NCBI GenBank assembly: GCA_964568545.1
Contig: CAZMRE010000001.1
Coordinates: 134-64,133, forward strand
Length of the DNA: 64,000 nucleotides
From: an uncultured Deferribacteres bacterium
GTDB taxonomy: Bacteria > Zhuqueibacterota > JdFR-76 > BMS3Abin05
Direction: 5' to 3'
The notes beneath the pieces were generated by a model, which was not told where the DNA came from, searched no databases, and saw only the letters and a list, made by a program, of their open reading frames with translations. Positions 9,963-18,734 of this stretch are shown here, in pieces. How positions within the stretch are numbered: the first letter of the stretch is position 1; every line of letters starts with the position of its first letter. A program made the position numbers and the translations under genes.

Positions 9963-11267
9963 CTATTCCGTAACAATCTTTTGTTCGCTTAAATCGACCT
10001 TTACTTCTTCAATTTCTGAATTTTTCAAGAGAAAATCAACGATTTTTTCTTCTTGAAGCCGATCCTTTAAATTTTCTCGTCTATTTTTTACACTGTATTT
10101 TGCCTTCAGTTTTCTGAGGCTTTGATTGGTTTCTTCTGCCATTTTTTCAATATAAGCATCGACATCCTCATCGCTTACCTTTAGATTTTCCTGTTCAGCC
10201 AACCGCTTTTGAATCAGAAACCATTTGACTGAACGAATGACATTTGGTTTCTCTGATTCACTGAAAGCCTCAACATCAAAATCTCTCTTTAATTGCTTTT
10301 TTACATCCTCAATATAGGCATTCATAGAATTTTCTATCATCCGGGGAGGCACCTCAAATGGGTTCTCGTCAATAAGTGCATCGATCAGTCCATCCACTAA
10401 ATTCTGTCTGGACTTCTTTTCATGCTCCCGTTCCAGATATCTCCGAACATTTTTTCGCAAATCGTCAAGTGAATCATAATCCCCCAGATCCTTTGCAAAT
10501 TCATCGTTTAATTCCGGTAAATTGTGGCGGGTAATGTCTTTTACACGAACAGAATAGTATCTGGGCGGTTTTCCCTCTTCTAGTAGCTGCTCTACCCTGC
10601 GTTCCTCACCCTTCTTCACACCAAGCAATTGTCCCTCAAAATCCTCATCGTACGCACCGGCACCCAGTTGAATCTCCCTATCTTCTGCTTTGTGACCCAA
10701 AATGGGGACGCCGCCGGCATCGACTTCCTGCAAATCCACCACAATGTAATCGCCCGCTTCTGCCTCACCATCGATATCTTCAACAACCGCATTTTCTTCC
10801 CGAATGTGCTCAATTGTTTCGTCTACTTCTTCTTCCGTAGTTTCGTGAACTTCCTTTGTAAGGTGAAATCCCTTGTAATTTTGCAATTCAATTTCTGGCT
10901 CTACCTGAACCTCTAGCAGAACATCCAACCCATCCTTTTCATCCCACTTTTGTTCCTGAACTTCCGGTGGAGCAATAACTTCCAGATTCTCCTTCGTCAG
11001 GATTTCCTTGTAAGCATCATTTATGACATCCTCGAGAATTTCCTCAAGAATCACTTTTCCAAATCTCATGCGAATGATGTCGACAGGGACTTTCCCCTTG
11101 CGAAATCCGGGAACAGTGATATCTTTTCGAAGCTCCCGAATTTTCTCATTTACCCTCTCTTGAATTTTTTCCACAGGAACATGAAATTTAATTTCCCGTA
11201 ACCAAGCCTGTACATCATTAACAGAATAATCCAATGGTTCCTCTACTTTTTTAACATGATTGATCAA
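9963..11267 (-). CDS. tig: Trigger factor
   Basis: 434 aa. It has the ribosome-binding signature GFRKGKVP and an acidic middle and C-terminal region, directly upstream of clpP. The start is a TTG, because there is no in-frame ATG nearby. Confidence 0.9.
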   Translation of the reverse strand: MINHVKKVEEPLDYSVNDVQAWLREIKFHVPVEKIQERVNEKIRELRKDITVPGFRKGKVPVDIIRMRFGKVILEEILEDVINDAYKEILTKENLEVIAPPEVQEQKWDEKDGLDVLLEVQVEPEIELQNYKGFHLTKEVHETTEEEVDETIEHIREENAVVEDIDGEAEAGDYIVVDLQEVDAGGVPILGHKAEDREIQLGAGAYDEDFEGQLLGVKKGEERRVEQLLEEGKPPRYYSVRVKDITRHNLPELNDEFAKDLGDYDSLDDLRKNVRRYLEREHEKKSRQNLVDGLIDALIDENPFEVPPRMIENSMNAYIEDVKKQLKRDFDVEAFSESEKPNVIRSVKWFLIQKRLAEQENLKVSDEDVDAYIEKMAEETNQSLRKLKAKYSVKNRRENLKDRLQEEKIVDFLLKNSEIEEVKVDLSEQKIVTE

Positions 11268-11315
11268 CTATCGCAATTCCTATTTTTTGGATGCTGATTC
11301 ACTAAAATGCGGGTT

Positions 11316-11400
<85 letters not shown>

Positions 11401-11476
11401 AAATATATGAAAAAAAGCTCCCTGTACCACAATGGGAGTTTTCGCATTCGATCAGATCGCTTTTTCAAACGACTTA

Positions 11477-11505
11477 AATATAAGAAGTTTTGGAAGTAAT
11501 GTCAA
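11477..11505 (-). promoter_or_regulatory. Sigma-70-type promoter upstream of tRNA-Leu/tig
   Basis: The minus strand reads TTGACA - 17 nt - TATATT, with the -35 at 11500-11505 and the -10 at 11477-11482. Confidence 0.6.
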
Positions 11506-11577
11506 TATTTTTTCCATTCAATAAAGAGACTCACCAAAGGCGGAAATTGTGTGGAATTTTCGTTAGGATTGATTTTT

Positions 11578-11964
11578 TCACGTGGATTGCTGTATCCATT
11601 CCTGAACGACCTCTTGCATGGCCTGAAATTGCCCCTTTATTTTTTTTCGGGCACATTTCGGATTGGATAAAATACAAAGGGTTGCTTTACAAAAATAAAC
11701 CCGCTCCGAGCAACCCTGCCGCCGCTGATAGACAGGCGTTGGCACCATTCGACTCGTGATGTCCTTTCGGCTAAATTCTTTTCCCTTGATTCGCAAACCG
11801 ATTTCTACGGTTTTATCCCAAATAAATTTCTGAAGGGCTACCACATCCTGATTGGTGTACGAATCAACGAGATCGTCAAGGGGAATTCCTTTGAGCAAAC
11901 GGTAGACAGCTTCTATTTTTTGCGCGGGTGAGAGTTCTTTTCGAGCAACTTCGGTATAGGCCAT
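11578..11964 (-). CDS. Hypothetical small protein, last gene of the REC-PATAN-GTPase module
   Basis: The 128-aa ORF starts 14 nt after the upstream gene. The first 70 or so residues look protein-like (SPAQKIEAVYRLLKGIPLDDLVDSY). The Cys- and Lys/Arg-rich tail overlaps a GGGTTGC...GCAACCC hairpin and may be run-on reading. Confidence 0.4.
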   Translation of the reverse strand: MAYTEVARKELSPAQKIEAVYRLLKGIPLDDLVDSYTNQDVVALQKFIWDKTVEIGLRIKGKEFSRKDITSRMVPTPVYQRRQGCSERVYFCKATLCILSNPKCARKKIKGQFQAMQEVVQEWIQQST

Positions 11965-11978
11965 TTTTTCCTCAATTC

Positions 11979-12467
11979 TTACACAGACATCTGTTCCAGG
12001 TTAATATTGACCAGATCCACAACCAACTGGCGGATCGAGTCCAAATGATTCAATTGATACAATGTGAATCTGCTGGTTTTATCCAGTGGTAATCCTCCGC
12101 GATAGGCACGAATGGCAATTTGTGACGTTGAATTTTCGTCAACATTTGAGGCGATTATAATTGGGATTTCGAAATTCTCCTGAAAATATTCCGTAATTTC
12201 TTCAGCGGTTTGAACCGTTTCCGGGCGTTCCCAATCAAACAAAACAATGATGCCAAGAGCCTTAGTTGCCAGAAGTTCCCATGCGTAACTCTTGGCAAAC
12301 CGGCTCCAATGAATGCCGTAAAATTGCAAGAGCATTTCATCATCAAGAGAAAGCCACCCCGCTTGAATTCCTTTTTCCTGAAGCTCCACGCGGTCGCAGA
12401 GCTCTTGCAAAAGGGTTTCTTTTTTTACACTTTTGGGTCCAACTATTAAGATTTCTCCAACTCGCAT
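11979..12467 (-). CDS. Small Ras/MglA-like GTPase-fold protein with degenerate nucleotide-binding motifs
   Basis: 162 aa. Its layout parallels the C-terminal domain of the 13733-15322 protein: beta1 plus a P-loop position reading ILIVGPKSVKKET instead of GxxxxGK[ST], then LGIIVLFD, then IIIASNVDE at the NKxD position. Confidence 0.5.
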   Translation of the reverse strand: MRVGEILIVGPKSVKKETLLQELCDRVELQEKGIQAGWLSLDDEMLLQFYGIHWSRFAKSYAWELLATKALGIIVLFDWERPETVQTAEEITEYFQENFEIPIIIASNVDENSTSQIAIRAYRGGLPLDKTSRFTLYQLNHLDSIRQLVVDLVNINLEQMSV

Positions 12468-12533
12468 AAACGGATCCTCTGCCTTAGCCCAAATTTTTTT
12501 CTGCTGTTCAATCGGCTTGACGCAGCGTTTTTT

Positions 12534-13715
12534 CTACAAAAGCTTATGTTTGATAAATTGCAGTTCGCTTCGGCTGAAAAAAAGCCTTCGGGGCCTTGCC
12601 TTTGTCTGAGCTTCCGCCGAAACGTGCTGTCCTTCATCCGCCGGAAGCTCTGCCTCAACGGGGGCAATCTGGGTAAAGAAATTTTGAATCGCCTCAAAGG
12701 TTCGATCGATGAGATTATCTTCCGGGAGCTCCTCTTGATTTTCCCGGGGTTCGGCATGAAATGATTTTTCCTGCATTGGAAGATGAAAAGAAGCGGATTC
12801 CCTCAAAACTCCCAATTGGTACAGCCGGATAATTTCCCGAAGAGCGGCTAATTCATCCAACAGACTTTCATCCAAAATATCCTGAATGGTGTGCTCTGCA
12901 TCCACGTGGGACAAAATTTCCTGGGTGTCTTCATTTATTTCATCCGGGAAAAGATCCCTCACGTGCTCAAAAACGGTGTCGATAGGAGGCAAGCGGGTAA
13001 GAAGCTGTTCTTTTTCATCCAAAAGTTGAATACTCGTTTGAACAATTTCTTGCACGGGATGGAAAATAGCCTGTTCGCGAAGGATCGCTTGAAAAGTTGC
13101 CGAAAATGTTCCCTCCACCCAGAGAACCAATTGGTAGAGAGCCGCTTCTCCTCTCAGAACACCTAGTTCAGCGTCCCAGACCATTCCTTCTTTAATGTAC
13201 AAACTGCCTTCCAAAGCTCCCCTGCTCAATGTAATAATCCCCGATTTTTTACCCAGCTCAAATGTTTGAATAAGGTCAATTGCATTCATTTCCGAAAGCA
13301 GCCCGTTGAAGCCCTGGAATTCAGCCGCATGTGTTTGCTTCAATCGATCTCTTTCCCGTAGCAGCATTCGGATTCGGTAGAGCAATTCTTCCATTTCGAA
13401 GGGCTTTTGAATAAAATCGTCCACACCGCTCTCAATGAGACGGATTCGCTTTTCAACATTTTCTTCATCACTCAAGGCAATAAACAGCATATTTTTTGTT
13501 CGAGGCACCTCGCGAAGCTGTCGGATCCAATGAATAAAATCGCCGTTAGGCAAATGGGCTTCGGCTACAACAATCTGAGGAGAAAAGGATTCCAGCAGAT
13601 CCTGGGCATCTTTGAGTGTGGATGCGAATCTGCTTTCAAAGTCATTGATGCTCTCCAGATCTTGAAAATCGTTTGCTAGTTCTTTCTCTGGCTCAATGAA
13701 AAGAATTTTATTCAC
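12534..13715 (-). CDS. Atypical receiver (REC-like) plus PATAN/DUF4388 domain protein
   Basis: 393 aa with a GTG start. The REC-like N-terminus keeps the K (IQKPF) and the S/T position (FIALSD). It has IEPE in place of the acidic DD pair and VVAEAHLP in place of the phospho-acceptor Asp. The DUF4388 signature is FNGLLSEMNAIDLIQTFELGKKSGIITL...GSLYIKEGMVWDAELG..GEAALYQLVLW. Confidence 0.7.
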   Translation of the reverse strand: MNKILFIEPEKELANDFQDLESINDFESRFASTLKDAQDLLESFSPQIVVAEAHLPNGDFIHWIRQLREVPRTKNMLFIALSDEENVEKRIRLIESGVDDFIQKPFEMEELLYRIRMLLRERDRLKQTHAAEFQGFNGLLSEMNAIDLIQTFELGKKSGIITLSRGALEGSLYIKEGMVWDAELGVLRGEAALYQLVLWVEGTFSATFQAILREQAIFHPVQEIVQTSIQLLDEKEQLLTRLPPIDTVFEHVRDLFPDEINEDTQEILSHVDAEHTIQDILDESLLDELAALREIIRLYQLGVLRESASFHLPMQEKSFHAEPRENQEELPEDNLIDRTFEAIQNFFTQIAPVEAELPADEGQHVSAEAQTKARPRRLFFSRSELQFIKHKLL

Positions 13716-13732
13716 CGACTCTTGCTCCCAAC

Positions 13733-15322
13733 TTAATTCGTTACTCGTTTTTCACCAAGACTGAACGAAATTTTTTCTTCCTCCGGGTAGGGAGAATACA
13801 TATTTAGCAAAATCATTTTTGCGTTTTCTTTGTCCTTCGGATCACAGGGAATAATCTCTTCGTAACTTTCCAGACCCAACCGCTGGGAAATCTCCTCAAT
13901 GCCCAATGCTTTTTGATGCCGAAGATTTGTTACCGCTACGGCATACGGAAGCTGAAAACGTACCCGAAAAGATTTTATCAGATAATTTATGTAATCCAAA
14001 CTTTCTGCCTCGGTTGCATCCACCAGAAAAACGTAGCCTAGCATGTTGGATGCAATGGAATGAATAATGGCTTTGACCTGTTTTTCGATGGGAATTCCAA
14101 TCAAGAGAATCCTTTTTTCATTGAAAAGATTCAATTTTCCAATATCGAGAGGATGTGGAAAAACCCTTTTCATGGAACGGGTTCGGTAACCTTTTCCAAC
14201 TAACGCCCGCACAAATTCACTCTTTCCACTATCAACCGTTCCCAAAATCACCAGGTAGGGTTCATCGAGAGGCATCTTTTTAAATACTCGTTTCTGGAAG
14301 GATTCGAATTCTTCTTCGCTAAAAAGTGGTTCCAGGACTTCTTCTTCAGCGGGAACTTCTTCCGGCTCGGGAATTTTGATTTCCTCCAAAAATCCCTGCT
14401 GGTACATTTTTACGATTCGCCTCAGTGTGGTAAGATCGTCATTGAAACTGTCATCCAGAATTTTAAGAACCGGGCGTTTGCCGTCGAACAATTCCACAAA
14501 TTTAATGACATCCGGCGCTACCGGGCGTTCTTCCAGATGTTTCAGAAAATGTGCTTTTACTGAAAAAATAGCGTATGGCCCGGGCAGTTTACTCAAAAGA
14601 TCGCGACGCTGTCGAAGGCGTTCATATCCCTGTAACAAAAGGCCAAGATTACTAATTGAAATCTCATCTTCCATATCCACTTGCTGTGGCACAAGGGAGG
14701 TGTGTCCCTTTGCCCAGGGAAACATTTGGTAAACGGCTCGTTCGCCCCTGAATCCCCCCAGAATTGCATTCACAACCGCACCGTTGCGAAAAAATATCTG
14801 CCCACTCTTTTTAAATTCATTGGTCACATTCACAATTCCAGACCAGCGCCTAACCCCAAGTCTGGCAATCAACTCTGCCACAATTTTGTCTTTCAGATTC
14901 CCCTGACTTCTCGCCCCCTCATCTGAGTCGCCCGATTGCATGCGCTGAAGCCGATTTAGAATCATTTTTACCCGTGCAACAATTTCTGCCACGTGCAGGG
15001 GCTTCATCATGTAATCCTGCACGCCCAGTTCAAAGGCCTTTACTCTATTCTGAAGACCGTTCTGTGCCGTTAGAAAAATAACCGGGATACCTTCGGTTTT
15101 CTCATTTTCCTTGAGATTTTGTAAAAGCGCCACGCCGTTGAGATCCGGTAAATCGGCATCCGTAATGATCAAATCCGGCTGGTATTTTTCCGCTTTTTCC
15201 AGCGCATCGTAGCCATTCTCCGCTGTACTCACTTGGAAACGATTGCTAACTAGCTCCCGAACGAGAATTTCGATGTTTTGAGCATCGTCATCTACAATTA
15301 GAATTGTTTTTGCTTGTGCCAT
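13733..15322 (-). CDS. Response-regulator receiver plus PATAN/DUF4388 plus C-terminal P-loop GTPase-like domain fusion protein
   Basis: 529 aa. The REC domain is canonical (LIVDDD, IITDADLP, FLTA, MMKP). The DUF4388 signature is GNLKDKIVAELIARLGVRRWSGIVNV...GQIFFRNGAVVNA..GERAVYQMFPW. The C-terminal domain has Walker A ILGTVDSGKS, then GYVFLVD and AVTNLRH. Confidence 0.75.
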   Translation of the reverse strand: MAQAKTILIVDDDAQNIEILVRELVSNRFQVSTAENGYDALEKAEKYQPDLIITDADLPDLNGVALLQNLKENEKTEGIPVIFLTAQNGLQNRVKAFELGVQDYMMKPLHVAEIVARVKMILNRLQRMQSGDSDEGARSQGNLKDKIVAELIARLGVRRWSGIVNVTNEFKKSGQIFFRNGAVVNAILGGFRGERAVYQMFPWAKGHTSLVPQQVDMEDEISISNLGLLLQGYERLRQRRDLLSKLPGPYAIFSVKAHFLKHLEERPVAPDVIKFVELFDGKRPVLKILDDSFNDDLTTLRRIVKMYQQGFLEEIKIPEPEEVPAEEEVLEPLFSEEEFESFQKRVFKKMPLDEPYLVILGTVDSGKSEFVRALVGKGYRTRSMKRVFPHPLDIGKLNLFNEKRILLIGIPIEKQVKAIIHSIASNMLGYVFLVDATEAESLDYINYLIKSFRVRFQLPYAVAVTNLRHQKALGIEEISQRLGLESYEEIIPCDPKDKENAKMILLNMYSPYPEEEKISFSLGEKRVTN

Positions 15323-15380
15323 TTTTCTCCCTTGTTATTCAACCGACTCTCCCCGCTGTTTTTATGCCCTTGAAGCAAGT

Positions 15381-15397
15381 TGCAAAAATAGCGCCAA
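15381..15397 (-). promoter_or_regulatory. Sigma-54 (-24/-12) type promoter upstream of the REC-PATAN-GTPase gene
   Basis: The minus strand reads TTGGCGCTATTTTTGCA, against the consensus YTGGCACGrNNNTTGCW. The GG and GC dinucleotides have the correct spacing. The element ends about 59 nt upstream of the ATG at 15322. Confidence 0.55.
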
Positions 15398-15503
15398 AAA
15401 GCAAGAGTTGTTTTCGGGCATACTTACACTCTATTTTACAGAGTTAAAGCGTTTGAATTTTGCACAGGTCTCACTTTGAAACAATTTGCTAAAAAACACT
15501 CAA

Positions 15504-17096
15504 TTACATATAAAGCTTTTTTAATTTGGAACCCGGATAATAGTGATATAAAATTTCCGAGTACGTGTAGCCCTGTTCAGCCATTATTTCAGCACCCACC
15601 TGACACAACCCCACACCGTGTCCCCAGCCCCCACCCTTTAGATGAATGGCCTTCAATTTTCCGTTCGTGTCTGTTTCTTTATTAACAATGAACAAAGAGC
15701 TGAACAAGTGCGTTTTGGAAAGCACACGCCGGATTTCCAGCTCCTTTCCGACGATTTTTTCACCATTTTTCCCCACAAGCCTGGCGTAGATAAGCCGTCC
15801 CGAATCGCCTCGCTCAAGCGGTTGGATGTCCTGAATGGCTCCCAACCCCCAGCCTGTTTTTTCTTCCACAATTTCCCCCAATTCTTCCGGTGTGAAATGA
15901 ACCTCCCACCGAAAACCCGATTTTTCAGGCAGGTAGCCCACCTGCCAATTAAAGTGCTCGTGGGCCTCTCGCAAATAATCAGGGAGCTGGTAGGCGTCTG
16001 GATTGCAAAAGACCCTGGGCGAGCTTTCAATAAATTCGCGTACAGTTTCCTCTTGCCGCAAATCAGGTAATTGCGCCGGCGCCTCAGGGCCGTCGTAAAA
16101 TTTAGTCAAGTAGGGAATGTCCTGATCATCCCACACGTTTTTGTAAGATTCCCCAATCCCCCCGCAAACTTTGGCATAGCGGGCATCGCACACCTGATTT
16201 CCATATGCCAGCACTTCTCCGCGTGTCAGGGCAGCGGCTTCTCGGGAACGGTCTTCAATGGCCGCCGATCCGTGAAAACACTGGCAGTGATCATCCGCGC
16301 AAAGGTCAAATGGATCGCCAAAATGATGTTTGCCCGTCGTTGCAAACACCGTATTTCGCGCCACAATCGTCTGGCTTTTCAAAAATTCCATCGAGCAATT
16401 GGGAACCATTTCAGACGAATTGACCGACGCAAGGTAAGTTTCTAGATCAAGGATATTGACGGCTGTAATTTTTCCGTAGCGATCGATATGAAAGGCCAGA
16501 TCGCCTTCGTATTCCTGAGTTTCCCGGTGATCCCAATGAAAACCGATTCCCACATGAATATTATCCAGCAAAAAGCGGCACGACGGATCATCAGGCACAA
16601 AACGAATGCCGTTTTCTATTGAAACATCTTCTAAAAAGAGTTCTCCTCTGGCAGCGCGCGTAATAATCGGAATAACCATCATCCCACCAAAATCTGGCAG
16701 GGTACGCCGGTAATCGTCTGCGGCTTTTTCCGAATCAAATGGCTCAGAAAGCACCCAGAATTCCCGATTGTCGTACACGCGGCCATTCCCCAGTGGAATT
16801 TCCTGTCCCACCCGTAATTTTGTTGTCTGAACCCCATGCGATGCCCAGTATTGGATGCGTTCATCCGCCTCACCTTCTTCCACCCGAATATTCATTCTGA
16901 CGGCGTATTGGATTTCACCGGGATCCAATGTTTTGTGCGTGATCCTATAAAAATGCTCTGGCTTTCCCTCAAAGATTCTATTGTTTGCCAGATCGTATCC
17001 CGTGAACGAACGGGTGGCTTTGAATGTCATCTCGGCTTCGTGCTGAAGAACCCCGATACGAATCAGCAAAGCACCCGTTTCTTGATGAACCTCCAT
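15504..17096 (-). CDS. SpoIID/LytB-domain protein (lytic transglycosylase / amidase-enhancer family)
   Basis: 530 aa. SpoIID-family blocks are present: LKSQTIVARNTVFAT, CADDHCQCF, YAKVCGG, GGGWGHGVGLCQVGA. The ATG overlaps the upstream CPBP stop codon (TAATG). Confidence 0.75.
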   Translation of the reverse strand: MEVHQETGALLIRIGVLQHEAEMTFKATRSFTGYDLANNRIFEGKPEHFYRITHKTLDPGEIQYAVRMNIRVEEGEADERIQYWASHGVQTTKLRVGQEIPLGNGRVYDNREFWVLSEPFDSEKAADDYRRTLPDFGGMMVIPIITRAARGELFLEDVSIENGIRFVPDDPSCRFLLDNIHVGIGFHWDHRETQEYEGDLAFHIDRYGKITAVNILDLETYLASVNSSEMVPNCSMEFLKSQTIVARNTVFATTGKHHFGDPFDLCADDHCQCFHGSAAIEDRSREAAALTRGEVLAYGNQVCDARYAKVCGGIGESYKNVWDDQDIPYLTKFYDGPEAPAQLPDLRQEETVREFIESSPRVFCNPDAYQLPDYLREAHEHFNWQVGYLPEKSGFRWEVHFTPEELGEIVEEKTGWGLGAIQDIQPLERGDSGRLIYARLVGKNGEKIVGKELEIRRVLSKTHLFSSLFIVNKETDTNGKLKAIHLKGGGWGHGVGLCQVGAEIMAEQGYTYSEILYHYYPGSKLKKLYM

Positions 17097-17947
17097 TACT
17101 CCTCTACGCTCCTCTGCTCAATTGAATTCTTCAGGGATTCCATCATCCACTGGAATCCCGCCGCAAAAAGAATAATTCCCCCTGCCAGCCAGTACCACCG
17201 GACAGTTTCGCCCTTCAAATACCAACCAAGCCTTTCATCCGGAATTTTCAAAAAAACTACCGCAATCGCGTTGTTCAGCACGTGAATAAAAATCCCAGGG
17301 ATGACTGAATCACTCTTAAAAGCCACGTAACCCAATAAAATTCCCAGCAAAAGTATTTGAAAAAGCCACCAAGGGTTTAGATGCACCACCGCAAACAGAA
17401 TAGACGAAACGGCAATTGCCCAGGCCGGAGAAAAGTATGTTTCCCACACCTTCTGAAAAAATCCCCTGAAAAGTATTTCCTCGAAAATCCCTGCAAAAAT
17501 TGTTGCTGACAAAAATGCCAGCCAAAAATAGAGGGGATTGTTGAACCGAAAAGATTCCTTGATCAACTCTTCCATTTCGGGCGGCATAACCAACCAAGTT
17601 TGAAGAATTCGATCAAGTGCATCCGAAATGGGAATCAGACCAATTGTTACCAACACGCTGGCCGCTACAACAGGCCATCCTACCGGCCGCAGCCGAAATG
17701 CGCGTTTGAATGAAATTCTCTTCCACCCCAGGAAAATGATCTCCGGTACCAGCAGAAGCAGCTCTGCCGACAGCACAAGTGCTTTCAAATCCGGGTTGGC
17801 TGATTTCGTCCGAACCCACAGCGATAGGCCAAAACCAACCCCAAAAATAAGAAGCATCGAACCAACTACAAGGAGCAATGCCCGACCGGGGGTTAGAAGA
17901 GATTTCTCAACAAACATTTCTTCCGGCCGGGATTCCGGATCAGTCAA
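17096..17947 (-). CDS. CPBP-family (CAAX-type) intramembrane metalloprotease
   Basis: 283 aa and polytopic. It has motif 1 FEEILFRGF, motif 2 FAVVHL and motif 3 IFIHVLNN. Confidence 0.8.
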   Translation of the reverse strand: MTDPESRPEEMFVEKSLLTPGRALLLVVGSMLLIFGVGFGLSLWVRTKSANPDLKALVLSAELLLLVPEIIFLGWKRISFKRAFRLRPVGWPVVAASVLVTIGLIPISDALDRILQTWLVMPPEMEELIKESFRFNNPLYFWLAFLSATIFAGIFEEILFRGFFQKVWETYFSPAWAIAVSSILFAVVHLNPWWLFQILLLGILLGYVAFKSDSVIPGIFIHVLNNAIAVVFLKIPDERLGWYLKGETVRWYWLAGGIILFAAGFQWMMESLKNSIEQRSVEE

Positions 17948-18734
17948 GAGATTCCCTCCCCGGAAAAACCATTCGGTCCATCAAAACGATGGCTGCCATT
18001 GCCGCATTAAGCGATTCCCCCCAGCCTCGTTTTGAAATCCGCACCGTTTGAACGGGCGGCTTTAGAATATCCCCGCGGATTCCCCGACGTTCATTTCCAA
18101 TTATCAGGGCAACTCTTTCCGGAAAATTGATTTTGTGATGCGCCAAAGCACCATCCCCCATTGCCGCAAAAACCTGAAAACCGGCCGCAGAAAGACTTGA
18201 GACTGCTTCCTCCAAAGGAACATCTTCGAAAACAGGCAAATGAAAAAAAGAACCTGCCGAGGCGCGAAGGACCTTTCCATTCGTGCTTTCCACACATCCT
18301 CGGCTCAAGAGAACCGCATCAAATCCGTACCAGTCGGCAGAACGAATAATCGTTCCCAGATTTCCTGGTTCCTGAAGGTGATCCAGGAGAGCGACTCTCT
18401 GCCACTCTGCCGAAAAATTGGTTTCAAAAACGTAATTCTGTTTTCGAATAACGGCCAGAGCACCTTGAGGCGTTTTTGTTTCTGAAATTGTTTTCAGTTC
18501 ACCTGCACCGATTTCATCAAGCGGAATTTCTTTTTTTTGAAGCTGCCTTTTCACCGAAACAAAAGCATTTGATTCCCTGAATTCAGGCGTTACAAAAAGA
18601 TGCAACATCTGAAAATCCGACTCCAGGGCTTCCAGAATCAGATTTGGCCCCTCAATCAGAAACGAGCCTTCTTGCTTCCGGTATTTTTTCAGGTGCAGTT
18701 TTTTGACCCATTTCAGCAATTCCCGGGAGGTCAT
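17940..18734 (-). CDS. TrmH/SpoU-family RNA 2'-O-methyltransferase
   Basis: 264 aa. It has SpoU motifs LDHLQEPGNLGTIIRSA, ALIIGNERRGI and ESLNAAMAAIV, plus an N-terminal substrate-binding domain. The start overlaps the hisS stop by 4 nt. Confidence 0.8.
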   Translation of the reverse strand: MTSRELLKWVKKLHLKKYRKQEGSFLIEGPNLILEALESDFQMLHLFVTPEFRESNAFVSVKRQLQKKEIPLDEIGAGELKTISETKTPQGALAVIRKQNYVFETNFSAEWQRVALLDHLQEPGNLGTIIRSADWYGFDAVLLSRGCVESTNGKVLRASAGSFFHLPVFEDVPLEEAVSSLSAAGFQVFAAMGDGALAHHKINFPERVALIIGNERRGIRGDILKPPVQTVRISKRGWGESLNAAMAAIVLMDRMVFPGRESLD

